DNA of 64,000 nt from Candidatus Babeliales bacterium (GCA_050179755.1 JBFXEV010000001.1:1061940-1125939), one strand, 5' to 3'. Counted from the stretch's first letter, positions 9,856 to 19,066 are shown. Made by a program: numbers and translations. The notes: generated by a model from the sequence alone, not told the origin.

Positions 9856-10827
9856 ATGAAAATAAAACCCATAATCATAAGTTTGCTAGTACTTGCTTGT
9901 TTTTCTCTGTATGCATCACAAGATGCGTATACAATAATCAAGCGACTGCCCAAAGCAGAATTGCATATACATTTAGGTGGTGCGTATCCTCTTAGTTATT
10001 TACGCACAATTGCAACGCCAGAGCAATTTGCAGCACTTCAAATGGGTCTAGATAAAGTAGCAGATAAAGTTGAGTATCAAAATATATTTTCTGCATTTGG
10101 TCTTGTCAGCCAAATTGTTAATTCTGAACAAAAGGTTGAAGATGGCACGTATGCTCTATGCAAAGAATTGCAAGCTGATAGCGTGGAATACGTAGAAATT
10201 CGTACGGGCCTTAAAAATATGGGTAATGGATATCAAAGTTATTTAGAGGCCGTACTGCGTGGTATAGAACGTGCAATGTGTGCAAACTTTAGAGCATGCG
10301 TTATTTTAAGTTTGCAACGCAATGCGACTATGGCATATGCACAAGCCACGATTGATCTTGCACGCGCGTATAAAGATCGCGGCATTGTGGGTATAGATAT
10401 TTCTGGCGATTCAGCCATTGGTGATATAAGGCCAATTTTGCCAATAGTGCTTCAAGCCAAAACTGCAGGTCTTAAAATTCTCGTGCATATTGGTGAATCC
10501 CAATTTGAAACTGACCAAATGCTGTTGCTGGAGACATTGCAGCCAGATAGAGTTGGCCATGCAGTGCATTTGTGTGATGAGGCATATCAATGGATTATTG
10601 CCCACAAAATTCCAGTAGAAGTTTGCTTAACAAGCGCTGAATTGACCATGATGATCGACCATCATACTATGCATCCTTGGATTGCATATTATCGCAAAGG
10701 TCATCCAATTATTATTGGTACTGATGATCCATTACTATTCAGAACTAATTTAACTAATGAATATATGCTGCTTTATGATGCAGGGTTGCTTACACTTGAA
10801 GAAATAGCAAATCTTACGCACAATTAA
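9856..10827 (+). CDS. add: Adenosine deaminase with signal peptide
   Basis: LPKAELHIHLGG metal-binding motif, a downstream HAVH motif and GTDDP. SD AAGGGG upstream. N-terminus IIISLLVLACFSLYASQ. Confidence 0.8.
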   Translation: MKIKPIIISLLVLACFSLYASQDAYTIIKRLPKAELHIHLGGAYPLSYLRTIATPEQFAALQMGLDKVADKVEYQNIFSAFGLVSQIVNSEQKVEDGTYALCKELQADSVEYVEIRTGLKNMGNGYQSYLEAVLRGIERAMCANFRACVILSLQRNATMAYAQATIDLARAYKDRGIVGIDISGDSAIGDIRPILPIVLQAKTAGLKILVHIGESQFETDQMLLLETLQPDRVGHAVHLCDEAYQWIIAHKIPVEVCLTSAELTMMIDHHTMHPWIAYYRKGHPIIIGTDDPLLFRTNLTNEYMLLYDAGLLTLEEIANLTHN

Positions 10828-10854
10828 TAATTTTAAAGATGCCAAGTCTATATT

Positions 10855-11205
10855 TTAAATATCTTTTCTATCTGCCTGTTCTTGTTGCTCTTGGTATTTT
10901 AATGCCAATAGCTTATAAAGTTTGTCTGGATCGCCGGTAAGATTTCGAGTGTTTGTAGACATGCTTGCCCTGCACAGCCCCAAATGATTACGAGTTACCT
11001 CTATAAACTCGTTTTGACTATTTCTAGCGTCATAACCTGGGTAGTGATGACCGTAAATCTGAGTAATTTTTGTTATCTTAAATTCTTTGAGCGCCGTTTC
11101 TATGCGTTGCGTTTCATCCATGGCATACAGCGTTGTATTTTGAAAGTGAACACACATAATAACAAGAATTGCGTGAATAGAGAGATAACGTCTAACAATA
11201 AACAT
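10855..11205 (-). CDS. Hypothetical secreted protein
   Basis: ORF with a hydrophobic N-terminus. No family recognised. Confidence 0.35.
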   Translation of the reverse strand: MFIVRRYLSIHAILVIMCVHFQNTTLYAMDETQRIETALKEFKITKITQIYGHHYPGYDARNSQNEFIEVTRNHLGLCRASMSTNTRNLTGDPDKLYKLLALKYQEQQEQADRKDI

Positions 11206-11225
11206 GAATTCTGTTCTTTCTTTGT

Positions 11226-12197
11226 TTAGTTTTGAGTAAACAGATGTTGCAATTTGGTATTAATATCTTGCATGCTTGTTTGTGCGGTAAAATCACACAT
11301 AAATGGCACTATAGTAATATAGCCTTGTGCAAGAGCAAGGTTGTCTGAATGAGCGGCAGTATCTTTATAATCTACTACGCATAAATCAATACAAAAATTG
11401 TTATCACCTTTATCATACGCTCTAAACACTGTATTTCCTTTAAGATACGTATCATACACTGCGTGGCCTGATTTGCATAATGCAATTCCTTTAATAGGAG
11501 CTTGTTCTGTTGCGTCAGCTTGTAATGCGGGAATATTCATATTTAATAAAACGCCATCAGGCAGAAGTTGATCGTTATCATCACGCTGTGCATCAAGTAA
11601 TTCCACAAAATAAGTAACAAATTTTGCCGTTTCTTGTATACGTGATTCATTTGCTCCTAAATTAATGCTTATGGCAATACTGGGTAGTGATTTTCTCCCC
11701 ATGCATACGCTGCGTGCCACTTGTGCAGCACCCACGGTGCCAGAATGCACACAACGAATGCTTACATTTTCACCACGGTTAGGCCCAGAAAGCACAATAT
11801 CAGGCTCACATCCAGCGCGGTACATTAATTCTTCACCCACAAGCACGCATTGGCCCGGAGTGGCCGGCCAGGATTTCCCTGCAAGTGGCCCAGCAATGTA
11901 GCCTATTTCTGTGCTTTGTACTGCAAATTCTTGATGGCCAAGTGGGATTAATTGCACATGCTTGCTTGAAAGTTGTACTGAGGTGCCGCAACCACTTTGG
12001 TTTGAAGAAGGGGCCACTAAAAATACGTTGTGGCCAGCATCACGCAGAGTTTGTTTGAGTGCTTGTATTTCAAGCGTGTGATAGCCATCATCATTAGTCA
12101 GAAGAATATTGAGCTTGCGTGGTTCTTTTGCGCAGACAAAATTTATTATAGTGGTGTTTGTAAGCACGATGCTGAGTAGGAGAAACATTTTCTTCAT
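11226..12197 (-). CDS. surE: SurE-type 5'/3'-nucleotidase with signal peptide
   Basis: ILLTNDDGYHTLEIQAL N-terminal SurE motif preceded by MKKMFLLLSIVLTNTTIINFVCA. Confidence 0.75.
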   Translation of the reverse strand: MKKMFLLLSIVLTNTTIINFVCAKEPRKLNILLTNDDGYHTLEIQALKQTLRDAGHNVFLVAPSSNQSGCGTSVQLSSKHVQLIPLGHQEFAVQSTEIGYIAGPLAGKSWPATPGQCVLVGEELMYRAGCEPDIVLSGPNRGENVSIRCVHSGTVGAAQVARSVCMGRKSLPSIAISINLGANESRIQETAKFVTYFVELLDAQRDDNDQLLPDGVLLNMNIPALQADATEQAPIKGIALCKSGHAVYDTYLKGNTVFRAYDKGDNNFCIDLCVVDYKDTAAHSDNLALAQGYITIVPFMCDFTAQTSMQDINTKLQHLFTQN

Positions 12198-12211
12198 GTG
12201 GTTCCTTTAAA

Positions 12212-12397
12212 GTGAAAATTTTCTTGGTAATCGTATGCCAAACATAGTAGTAATTTCGCGTGCATTACCGTCTGGTAATGTGCTTGCCAATTCTTCAAGC
12301 GTTATTGTGTGATTGCCTTGTTTGCCAATGATAATTACTTCTTCATCATTATAAACTTCATCTTGCCCAATATCCACCATAAATTGATCCATGCAAA
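12212..12397 (-). pseudogene. Orphan 3'-terminal fragment of alr (left direct repeat of the island)
   Basis: 186 nt with 2 mismatches to 17947-18132. Encodes MDQFMVDIGQDEVYNDEEVIIIGKQGNHTITLEELASTLPDGNAREITTMFGIRLPRKF. Everything upstream in the 95-aa ORF is unrelated to Alr. Confidence 0.85.
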
Positions 12398-12500
12398 ATA
12401 GATGCATGCGCAATACATCCAATTGCCTCAAGAGCTTCATCGTTATTTTGAGCTGCTGATGCAAGCGCTTGCCCGCTTTTCTTATAGACCACATTAAGTT

Positions 12501-12529
12501 TTACAAAATCTGACCCTTTGCAATATAAT
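12501..12529 (+). promoter_or_regulatory. Sigma70-like promoter TTACAA-N17-TATAAT upstream of the giant ORF
   Basis: Hexamers at 12501-12506 and 12524-12529. Confidence 0.4.
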
Positions 12530-12564
12530 CAGAAAATCTTGGGATGCGCTCAGTCTCATATGTG

Positions 12565-12593
12565 TTGAACTAGTATACTTATTGGAGTATAAT
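12565..12593 (+). promoter_or_regulatory. Sigma70-like promoter TTGAAC-N17-TATAAT
   Basis: Hexamers at 12565-12570 and 12588-12593. The -10 overlaps the listed TTG start, which argues for a downstream start such as the ATG at 12632. Confidence 0.4.
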
Positions 12594-15500
12594 TGAATGA
12601 GTTTTTACATCATGGAAGTGTCATCATTCCTATGTTTCGCTTAAGCTTGTCGGTACGTTTTCAACTAATATTAAGTTTGATTTACTTAGGTCTGATTTTT
12701 TTTGTATGGCCTAGCAAGCTGTACACATATTCTGTGGATACAATAACTTTTTCAGGCTCTTCGTATCCAAATGATTCAAACACCATTAGAGATCAAAAAC
12801 CGCGCATTTCGCAAGAAACTGCAAACATTCGTAGTCGTATTGAAAGCATTAATAATCCTGATACTATCCCTTCTGGTACGTTTCCAAAAAATAACAATTA
12901 TAGTGAGTATGAATTTATAGAAGAACGAGACCGAGATAGAAAAAGAGCAGAAAAAGAAAGACGTGGGCAAGCAGAAAACCAAAAACAAAAAGAAGAAAAA
13001 ATTATACAGAAGGAAGTTGCAAAAAAGTTATTAGATCAATCAAATAGAATTTCATCTTTTACACAGCAAACATCTTCCTCATCTCACTACGCTAAACAAG
13101 ACAAATCACCTGACTATATAACAAAACGCGCCACGTATTTAAAAAAGTTCCATGATGATCCTGATTATTACTACAGATCTACCGTCTATTTAAGGTATTC
13201 AAATTACCAAACAAGATCTCTTCTCGAGCAACACACGATTGATACGGATGAGTTTTATAATGAATTCTTCGGCAATCACTTGCAACATGGAATTCATGAA
13301 GAATATTTAAACATTGTCTCTCGTGTAACTAAAATTAATTTTGATAAAAACAACTGTCAACTCAGATCATTTATTGTATTGGCTGTGCAAACTTCCCGCG
13401 ATAACAATGTAAAAGGCAATTGTGTGACATCTTTAGAAATTAATGATTTTTGTCATCATATCCTGAATCCTAATTATCATGGTTTTCTTGCAGGTCAAAT
13501 TGCTCACTTACAAACAACTATTACCTATTATGAATCAAGTCATTGGAAACAAGCTCTAGGGTATCTAGCAGACGCTGCTCTAGGTGATCAAGAAATGCGC
13601 GCTTGCTTGAATGCTGCTCAAAAGTTTACTGAACAATTCAACATAATAAGGGATTCTCAATATAATGTGCAAGTTATAGAAATTATGGAGCAATTAAGCT
13701 TCAATGAACTTTCTGATCTCACGGCGCAGCGCCAATTTGAATTGTTAGAAAAACATCATGAAGCGATTGCCATAAAAGCATTACGAGCGCTAAATCAACA
13801 AAATATAAAAGATTTGCCAATTTTTGGTTATGCAGTTTCTATTCTTAAATTAGATAATCCACATAATGCATCAAATAGAAAGCTCATTGATTATTTATTA
13901 TATTCTAATGATTGTCTACATCGCGTTCATGAGCTCACGAATACGCCATATAGCTCTTTTCAGCAAAAAAATCCTTTCTTCACCGATAAAGGTATTCTTA
14001 AAGAATATGCTATTATTGCAGATATTGATAATTTGCCTATTCCGCCATTAGATCATTTAAAAAGCCCCGTATCTGCCCACGATTTATTATACACCTATTG
14101 TACAACTAATAAACTTGAGAAAAAAAAATTGGCTTATAGTGGCCTTTATCATGCAACCTATGCAACGATTCATCATCATTCTGAACGCTCAAAAGGCCAT
14201 GAGTTGCTTGCCGATAAGTATTATAAAACACTCTATAGTAGTGTGTTCAGTAAAAATGAAAAACTTATTGATTGGTGTGATGATCTTGCGTGCAGTTATG
14301 AAAACGTGTATCAACAAGAGGTGCACGATGAGCTTGTTTGGCTAACTAATTATTATATTGATACTCAAGAAAAAAGTATTAAAAAAGATGCAATCACCCT
14401 CAGATTGCTTGATGATATTGAGGATACTTTAATTACTGCCCATGGTTATAATCAAGATAATCAGTCAGAAAAAAGTCATGACCTTATTGCAAATATCGTA
14501 CATAACTTTGGTATGCTGCCAAAAGAAAATCAAAAAACACCCGATCTATTTCAATCACTCAATCTACTAGATGTTTCTAGAAATATAAGTAATAAAATAC
14601 AAGCAAGAGTTGCACATATTAAAGTGCATGCATGGTTAAATGATTATAATCTTGAAGAAACACTAGAGTATGCTCGGCATGAGCTTTCAAAAATGGAAAT
14701 ACAGCATGGCAAATTAATATGCCAAGCCGATTCAATTCAAGAAAGACCTGATGAGGTAATTCAATCACTATGTTTAGCAGAAGTTCTTGGATTTAGCGTA
14801 AAAACTGATGCAGATACTATTGATATTGGTTGCATTCCTAAAAAAGATCTTGCAACATTTAAAGACAATTGGCCAGAAGAAGAAGTGGTACAGAATGTAT
14901 TCAACCTTTGGCCTGAAGAAGTCCCCTTGTGTTCTGCAGGGTCACAAGGTGCAGCATATGAACGATATGCTGATCGCTATGATGCCTATCAAGAAACCAA
15001 ACTCACGCCGTATGTTTTTTTTGAAAGAACGTATGAAATTTCGAAAGAAGCTCAACAATTGCTTGATAAAAATGGAATAGATAGTGATTATTTAAAAGTT
15101 GGAACATACAATCGTATACAACATCAATTACATATAGAACTCATTGATATTCTTGAACAAACAACATCTTTAGACGCTCATCAAGAAGTGTGCGATTTAT
15201 TACGCTCGACAAACACTATGATGCTTGATTTTATATCAAGTGCAGCATATGAGAATAAAAATGGCAATATTTTACGCACGTGGACTATTGCTGATTTTTG
15301 TTGGGCAACGCTAGATTGTGGTCAAGCAATTCTTGAGGGAGCTCTTGAGGGCGGTGCTAATGCATTGATCTATCCTTTCAATTGTCCTGTTGAAACAATC
15401 TTGTTTACCGTAGCAGGTAAATATATGTTGTATTATCAACTTACAAAGCTTACTTATGAACTTGGCAGTGCGGTGTACGATCATCTTTCAAAAGAACAAG

Positions 15501-16516
15501 AAGAAAATACATCCAGCGAAACAAAAACTGCAATACAATTACGCGATATTTTAAAAGCTGCATCTTCTTTCGGTGCACAATTTTTGGTAGACCATAAAAT
15601 AGTAAATCCTATAGTTACGCAACGTATTAATTTAATGCAAAGTAAATTGGTCGATAAGTTTGTATTAGAAAATACGACTCAATGGTCTAAAATGAGACCA
15701 GAGGCTATTAAAGCTCCACAGACAGCGCAAGTGCAATTGGCAAGTGGTGAAAAAATTGAAGTAACTTTTCACAATGAAAATTTAGGGCAACGGCCGCAAG
15801 GCTTAAATTCTCCACAGAAACCGCGGAATTCATCGGGTGATAAAAAAGAATATCCAAGACCATCACCTGAAGAAATAGATCGCAATAGAGTAAATAAAAA
15901 TTTAGCAGATAAAGCTCGTAAACAAAAAGCTATTGATAATGCATCTCAAAAAGTGGAAAGAACCAATCGTCAAAAAATTAATACTGCCCAAAATATTCAA
16001 GATGCACAAATTTGTATCTTACATAAATATGACGAATTAGAAAAAATTTTTTATAAACATCTTTCACCTCATGCTGAATTTTTATATAAAAAATTTGGGA
16101 TAAGGATAAAAGGAATTGATTTTTATCATCATATGGAAAGAGATTTTAATCAAAATATAAAAGGTTATACAGGTTTTCATTCGGCACGCAATCATCCTGA
16201 GCATGTTTTTAAACTATTAGATGGTCCTAATGAGCATGGATTTGAAAATATTATTGTTGGTAGTGCAAGAAAAATAAAAAAAGCTCCTACCAGTACGTAT
16301 CCAAAAAACTGGGATGAAATTACTATCGGCCAGAGAGTTATTGAAGGGTTGCTTTCAGGAGAAGTTCATAAAAATAAGGGTGGAATCTTGGAAATACATG
16401 GAAAAGCTCAAAATTATTTACCTCATAGGGGTGTTGTTCCGTTTGATATTACAATTTTTTTAGAACCTAGTGGAATGATAAGGTCATCATTTCCACAATT
16501 AAATTTTAGGAAATAA
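12593..16516 (+). CDS. Giant (about 1300 aa) membrane-anchored protein with EndoU-like C-terminal toxin domain (polymorphic-toxin-like)
   Basis: N-terminal TM helix (LILSLIYLGLIFFVW), a KE-rich region and a long helical body with an internal repeat (HLQHGIHEEY.../RIQHQLHIEL...). The C-terminal ~168 aa (nt 16010-16516) carry GFHS...STYPKNWDEITIGQRVIEGL...IRSSFP, resembling bacterial EndoU nuclease toxin domains. The start may be the ATG at 12632. Confidence 0.65.
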   Translation: MNEFLHHGSVIIPMFRLSLSVRFQLILSLIYLGLIFFVWPSKLYTYSVDTITFSGSSYPNDSNTIRDQKPRISQETANIRSRIESINNPDTIPSGTFPKNNNYSEYEFIEERDRDRKRAEKERRGQAENQKQKEEKIIQKEVAKKLLDQSNRISSFTQQTSSSSHYAKQDKSPDYITKRATYLKKFHDDPDYYYRSTVYLRYSNYQTRSLLEQHTIDTDEFYNEFFGNHLQHGIHEEYLNIVSRVTKINFDKNNCQLRSFIVLAVQTSRDNNVKGNCVTSLEINDFCHHILNPNYHGFLAGQIAHLQTTITYYESSHWKQALGYLADAALGDQEMRACLNAAQKFTEQFNIIRDSQYNVQVIEIMEQLSFNELSDLTAQRQFELLEKHHEAIAIKALRALNQQNIKDLPIFGYAVSILKLDNPHNASNRKLIDYLLYSNDCLHRVHELTNTPYSSFQQKNPFFTDKGILKEYAIIADIDNLPIPPLDHLKSPVSAHDLLYTYCTTNKLEKKKLAYSGLYHATYATIHHHSERSKGHELLADKYYKTLYSSVFSKNEKLIDWCDDLACSYENVYQQEVHDELVWLTNYYIDTQEKSIKKDAITLRLLDDIEDTLITAHGYNQDNQSEKSHDLIANIVHNFGMLPKENQKTPDLFQSLNLLDVSRNISNKIQARVAHIKVHAWLNDYNLEETLEYARHELSKMEIQHGKLICQADSIQERPDEVIQSLCLAEVLGFSVKTDADTIDIGCIPKKDLATFKDNWPEEEVVQNVFNLWPEEVPLCSAGSQGAAYERYADRYDAYQETKLTPYVFFERTYEISKEAQQLLDKNGIDSDYLKVGTYNRIQHQLHIELIDILEQTTSLDAHQEVCDLLRSTNTMMLDFISSAAYENKNGNILRTWTIADFCWATLDCGQAILEGALEGGANALIYPFNCPVETILFTVAGKYMLYYQLTKLTYELGSAVYDHLSKEQEENTSSETKTAIQLRDILKAASSFGAQFLVDHKIVNPIVTQRINLMQSKLVDKFVLENTTQWSKMRPEAIKAPQTAQVQLASGEKIEVTFHNENLGQRPQGLNSPQKPRNSSGDKKEYPRPSPEEIDRNRVNKNLADKARKQKAIDNASQKVERTNRQKINTAQNIQDAQICILHKYDELEKIFYKHLSPHAEFLYKKFGIRIKGIDFYHHMERDFNQNIKGYTGFHSARNHPEHVFKLLDGPNEHGFENIIVGSARKIKKAPTSTYPKNWDEITIGQRVIEGLLSGEVHKNKGGILEIHGKAQNYLPHRGVVPFDITIFLEPSGMIRSSFPQLNFRK

Positions 16517-16517
16517 T

Positions 16518-17318
16518 ATGAATTCATTAATATTAAAGTATAATGATGGTTTTTATCGTTATAATGCATTCCAAATAACGAATGAATTGCTTGATTTGGC
16601 TGTGAGTCTGTTAACTACCGAAGAAATATGTACATCGGATTATTATAAAGAATTTATATACGAATTACCCTATAATACATACTCGGGTAATGCATATTAT
16701 ATGGAAAGAATAGATGATTATATCATTTTGGGTTGTCAATATAGCTTTGAAAGAGCATATTTGCATTTATATCAATTTGAAAATCTTATGAGTCAATGGC
16801 GAAAAGCATATGAAGATAAGCCAACTGAAATGATAATTTCAGTTGATGATAAAAATTTTATTATCTCGTATGAAAAAGATAGTAAGAGTATAAAATTAAC
16901 TTCAACATCAGAATATATAACATCAACATCGTTTTTAAGCGAATATCCTTATGCTGATAACTATGTTGAAATAGAGCCAATCTATGATGAATTACATGTG
17001 TTTGAATCTGATGATCGTAGGTTTAACGTATTTGCTTATTTACTGACAAGCAATATTCCTTCTTCAGATTATGTAGAAAAGTTGCAACAACCTCCTTATG
17101 AATATTATGATGATCGGTACTATTTAGCAATTGTTGAAGATAGAATTCTTATCTATGATAAAACAATGGAAATAAAAGTATTGCCAGCCTATAATAAATT
17201 TCTTGATCTTATGAAACAATGGCCACTAGCAGTACATAAAAAACCAAAACTTATTCGTATATATATTGAAAATGACTATGATCTTAAGATTTTTATATTG
17301 CAGCCAGTTTCTTTATAA
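16518..17318 (+). CDS. Candidate immunity protein (two tandem homologous domains)
   Basis: ATG lies 1 nt after the toxin stop. Acidic and Tyr-rich. The halves align (YYMERIDDYIILG...FENLMSQWRKAYEDKP vs YYLAIVEDRILIY...FLDLMKQWPLAVHKKP). Confidence 0.55.
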   Translation: MNSLILKYNDGFYRYNAFQITNELLDLAVSLLTTEEICTSDYYKEFIYELPYNTYSGNAYYMERIDDYIILGCQYSFERAYLHLYQFENLMSQWRKAYEDKPTEMIISVDDKNFIISYEKDSKSIKLTSTSEYITSTSFLSEYPYADNYVEIEPIYDELHVFESDDRRFNVFAYLLTSNIPSSDYVEKLQQPPYEYYDDRYYLAIVEDRILIYDKTMEIKVLPAYNKFLDLMKQWPLAVHKKPKLIRIYIENDYDLKIFILQPVSL

Positions 17319-17569
17319 TAGTTTTTGCATGGCTTAAACAATTGAGTTAAATCTTAGAAAGACAAAAAGTTAATGAATAGCGGATTGAACTTTATATTAT
17401 TTTTTTAACCAGGTGAAAATTTTATCTGGTAGGTTGTCGTTTGATGATCTAGTCGTTTGTATGTTCTGTGTATACGCTGTGACTGTATATAATCACATTT
17501 AATATGATAAAATAGATGTTAAGAGCATTTCTTAATTTTAATAAAGAGTAATACAATGAAAAAAACTAT

Positions 17570-17890
17570 ATGGTTGGTTGTTGTCCTGAGTGTAAATATT
17601 ATTTCTCCGTAATGGGTATGATGCGTTATGTGTATTGTGCAGAAGATGATACAACTGCTTCCTATTCAGCGATTTTATTAGCGACTGGCGTTGAAATTGT
17701 GACATGTGACAAAGAAAAAAAAGTATATCGTGCTTGTTTGACTCGTGTTGTATTATCACAAAAACCGGGTCGATTTACATTTGAGGAACAAGACCTTGAT
17801 TTTCCGCAATCAGTGTATGAGCAGTTAAAAGATAGGTATGAAGCAAATAAAACACGTGCATTGCAGACTTTTCAAACAAATATAGATTAA
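17570..17890 (+). CDS. Hypothetical protein (possibly frameshifted; see findings)
   Basis: 106-aa ORF. An 18-codon signal-peptide mini-ORF (17556-17612) sits in another frame over its 5' end. Confidence 0.3.
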   Translation: MVGCCPECKYYFSVMGMMRYVYCAEDDTTASYSAILLATGVEIVTCDKEKKVYRACLTRVVLSQKPGRFTFEEQDLDFPQSVYEQLKDRYEANKTRALQTFQTNID

Positions 17891-17941
17891 CAAAAACAGG
17901 AAGGCTTGAAATTGAAGAGATTGCGTGCGCATTTTCTTTTT

Positions 17942-19066
17942 TTATTGTAAAAATTTTCTTGGTAATCGTATGCCAAACATAGTAGTAATTTCGCGTGCAT
18001 TACCGTCTGGTAATGTGCTTGCCAATTCTTCAAGCGTTATTGTGTGACTGCCTTGTTTGCCAATGATAATTACTTCTTCATCATTATAAACTTCATCTTG
18101 CCCAATATCCACCATAAATTGATCCATGCAAATGCGCCCAATTATAGGGTAACGTTTGCCACGAATGATCACTTGCCCGCCATGCATAAATTGCCGATTA
18201 AAGCCGTCACCATAGCCAAGCGGCACCGTGATTACACGAGTATCTTTGGGTGCCTTCCACGTAAGGCCATAGCTCACGCCAGCACCCTCTTTGACTACTT
18301 TAAAATACACCACGCGTGAGCTGAGCGCCATAACTGCCTTTAATGCAATGCTGGTATGCATATGGGGTGCAGGTACTATGCCATACATAATGAGACCTGG
18401 CCGCACCATATCTAAATGGCTTTCTGGAAATTGTAAAATTGCGCCAGATGCTGCTATATGAAAAAGAGGTTTATTAGCAAAAATATGTGCATGGGCAACG
18501 CTTTGTTTAAAACGTTCAAGTTGTGTGCGAGCAAAAGTAAGGTCTTGTTCTTCACCCATTGCAAAATGAGAGAAAATGCCCACAACATCGCACCATTGTG
18601 TGGTGCTTGCATACTCGATGAGTTTATGCGCATTGTAATAATGAATGCCCGTGCGCTCAATGCCGGTATCAATTTCAAGATGTATGCGTGCGCGCTTTCG
18701 TGCGTGCTTTGCATGTTGTTCAATAGATTCTAGCTTGTTTAGTGATGCTGCGTTAATATCAAGATCATACTGTAAAAAGAGTTCAATTTGCCGGTGTAAA
18801 ATACCGCCAAGCACCACAATGGGCACTTTAATGTTTGCTTTTCTGAGTGCTATTCCTTCTTCAAGTAGTGCTACACCAAGCCATGAGGCTCCAATTTTTT
18901 GTAAGTGCTGAGCACATTCAATAAGGCCGTGCCCATACGCATTGCCTTTTACAATGGGCATAACATGCGCAGAGCCTACAAACGCTTGTATGGCGTGGAA
19001 GTTATGCTCAAGAGCAGAAAGATTAATGTTAATATAGGTGGGCCGTTGTTGCAGTTCTTCATACAT
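17942..19066 (-). CDS. alr: Alanine racemase
   Basis: PLP-lysine motif VKGNAYGHG, C-terminal beta domain and full length of 374 aa. Confidence 0.9.
   Translation of the reverse strand: MYEELQQRPTYININLSALEHNFHAIQAFVGSAHVMPIVKGNAYGHGLIECAQHLQKIGASWLGVALLEEGIALRKANIKVPIVVLGGILHRQIELFLQYDLDINAASLNKLESIEQHAKHARKRARIHLEIDTGIERTGIHYYNAHKLIEYASTTQWCDVVGIFSHFAMGEEQDLTFARTQLERFKQSVAHAHIFANKPLFHIAASGAILQFPESHLDMVRPGLIMYGIVPAPHMHTSIALKAVMALSSRVVYFKVVKEGAGVSYGLTWKAPKDTRVITVPLGYGDGFNRQFMHGGQVIIRGKRYPIIGRICMDQFMVDIGQDEVYNDEEVIIIGKQGSHTITLEELASTLPDGNAREITTMFGIRLPRKFLQ
17947..18132. repeat. Right direct repeat of the island (functional alr 3' end)
   Basis: 184/186 identical to 12212-12397 by manual alignment. 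Confidence 0.85.

Larger units (their letters stand above)
12398..17946. mobile_element. Putative genomic island (toxin/immunity cargo) between 186-bp direct repeats; no integrase or transposase seen
   Basis: Bounded by near-identical copies of the alr 3' end. Visibly more AT-rich than the flanks: by my hand count of single lines, line 13021 has 16/60 G+C and line 18181 has 30/60. Confidence 0.5.

Noticed and set aside
12398-17946. IS element, prophage or ICE interpretation of the island
   Set aside because: No transposase, integrase, phage or conjugation-like ORF appears in any frame that I can recognise, and there are no terminal inverted repeats. I kept it as an unexplained island.
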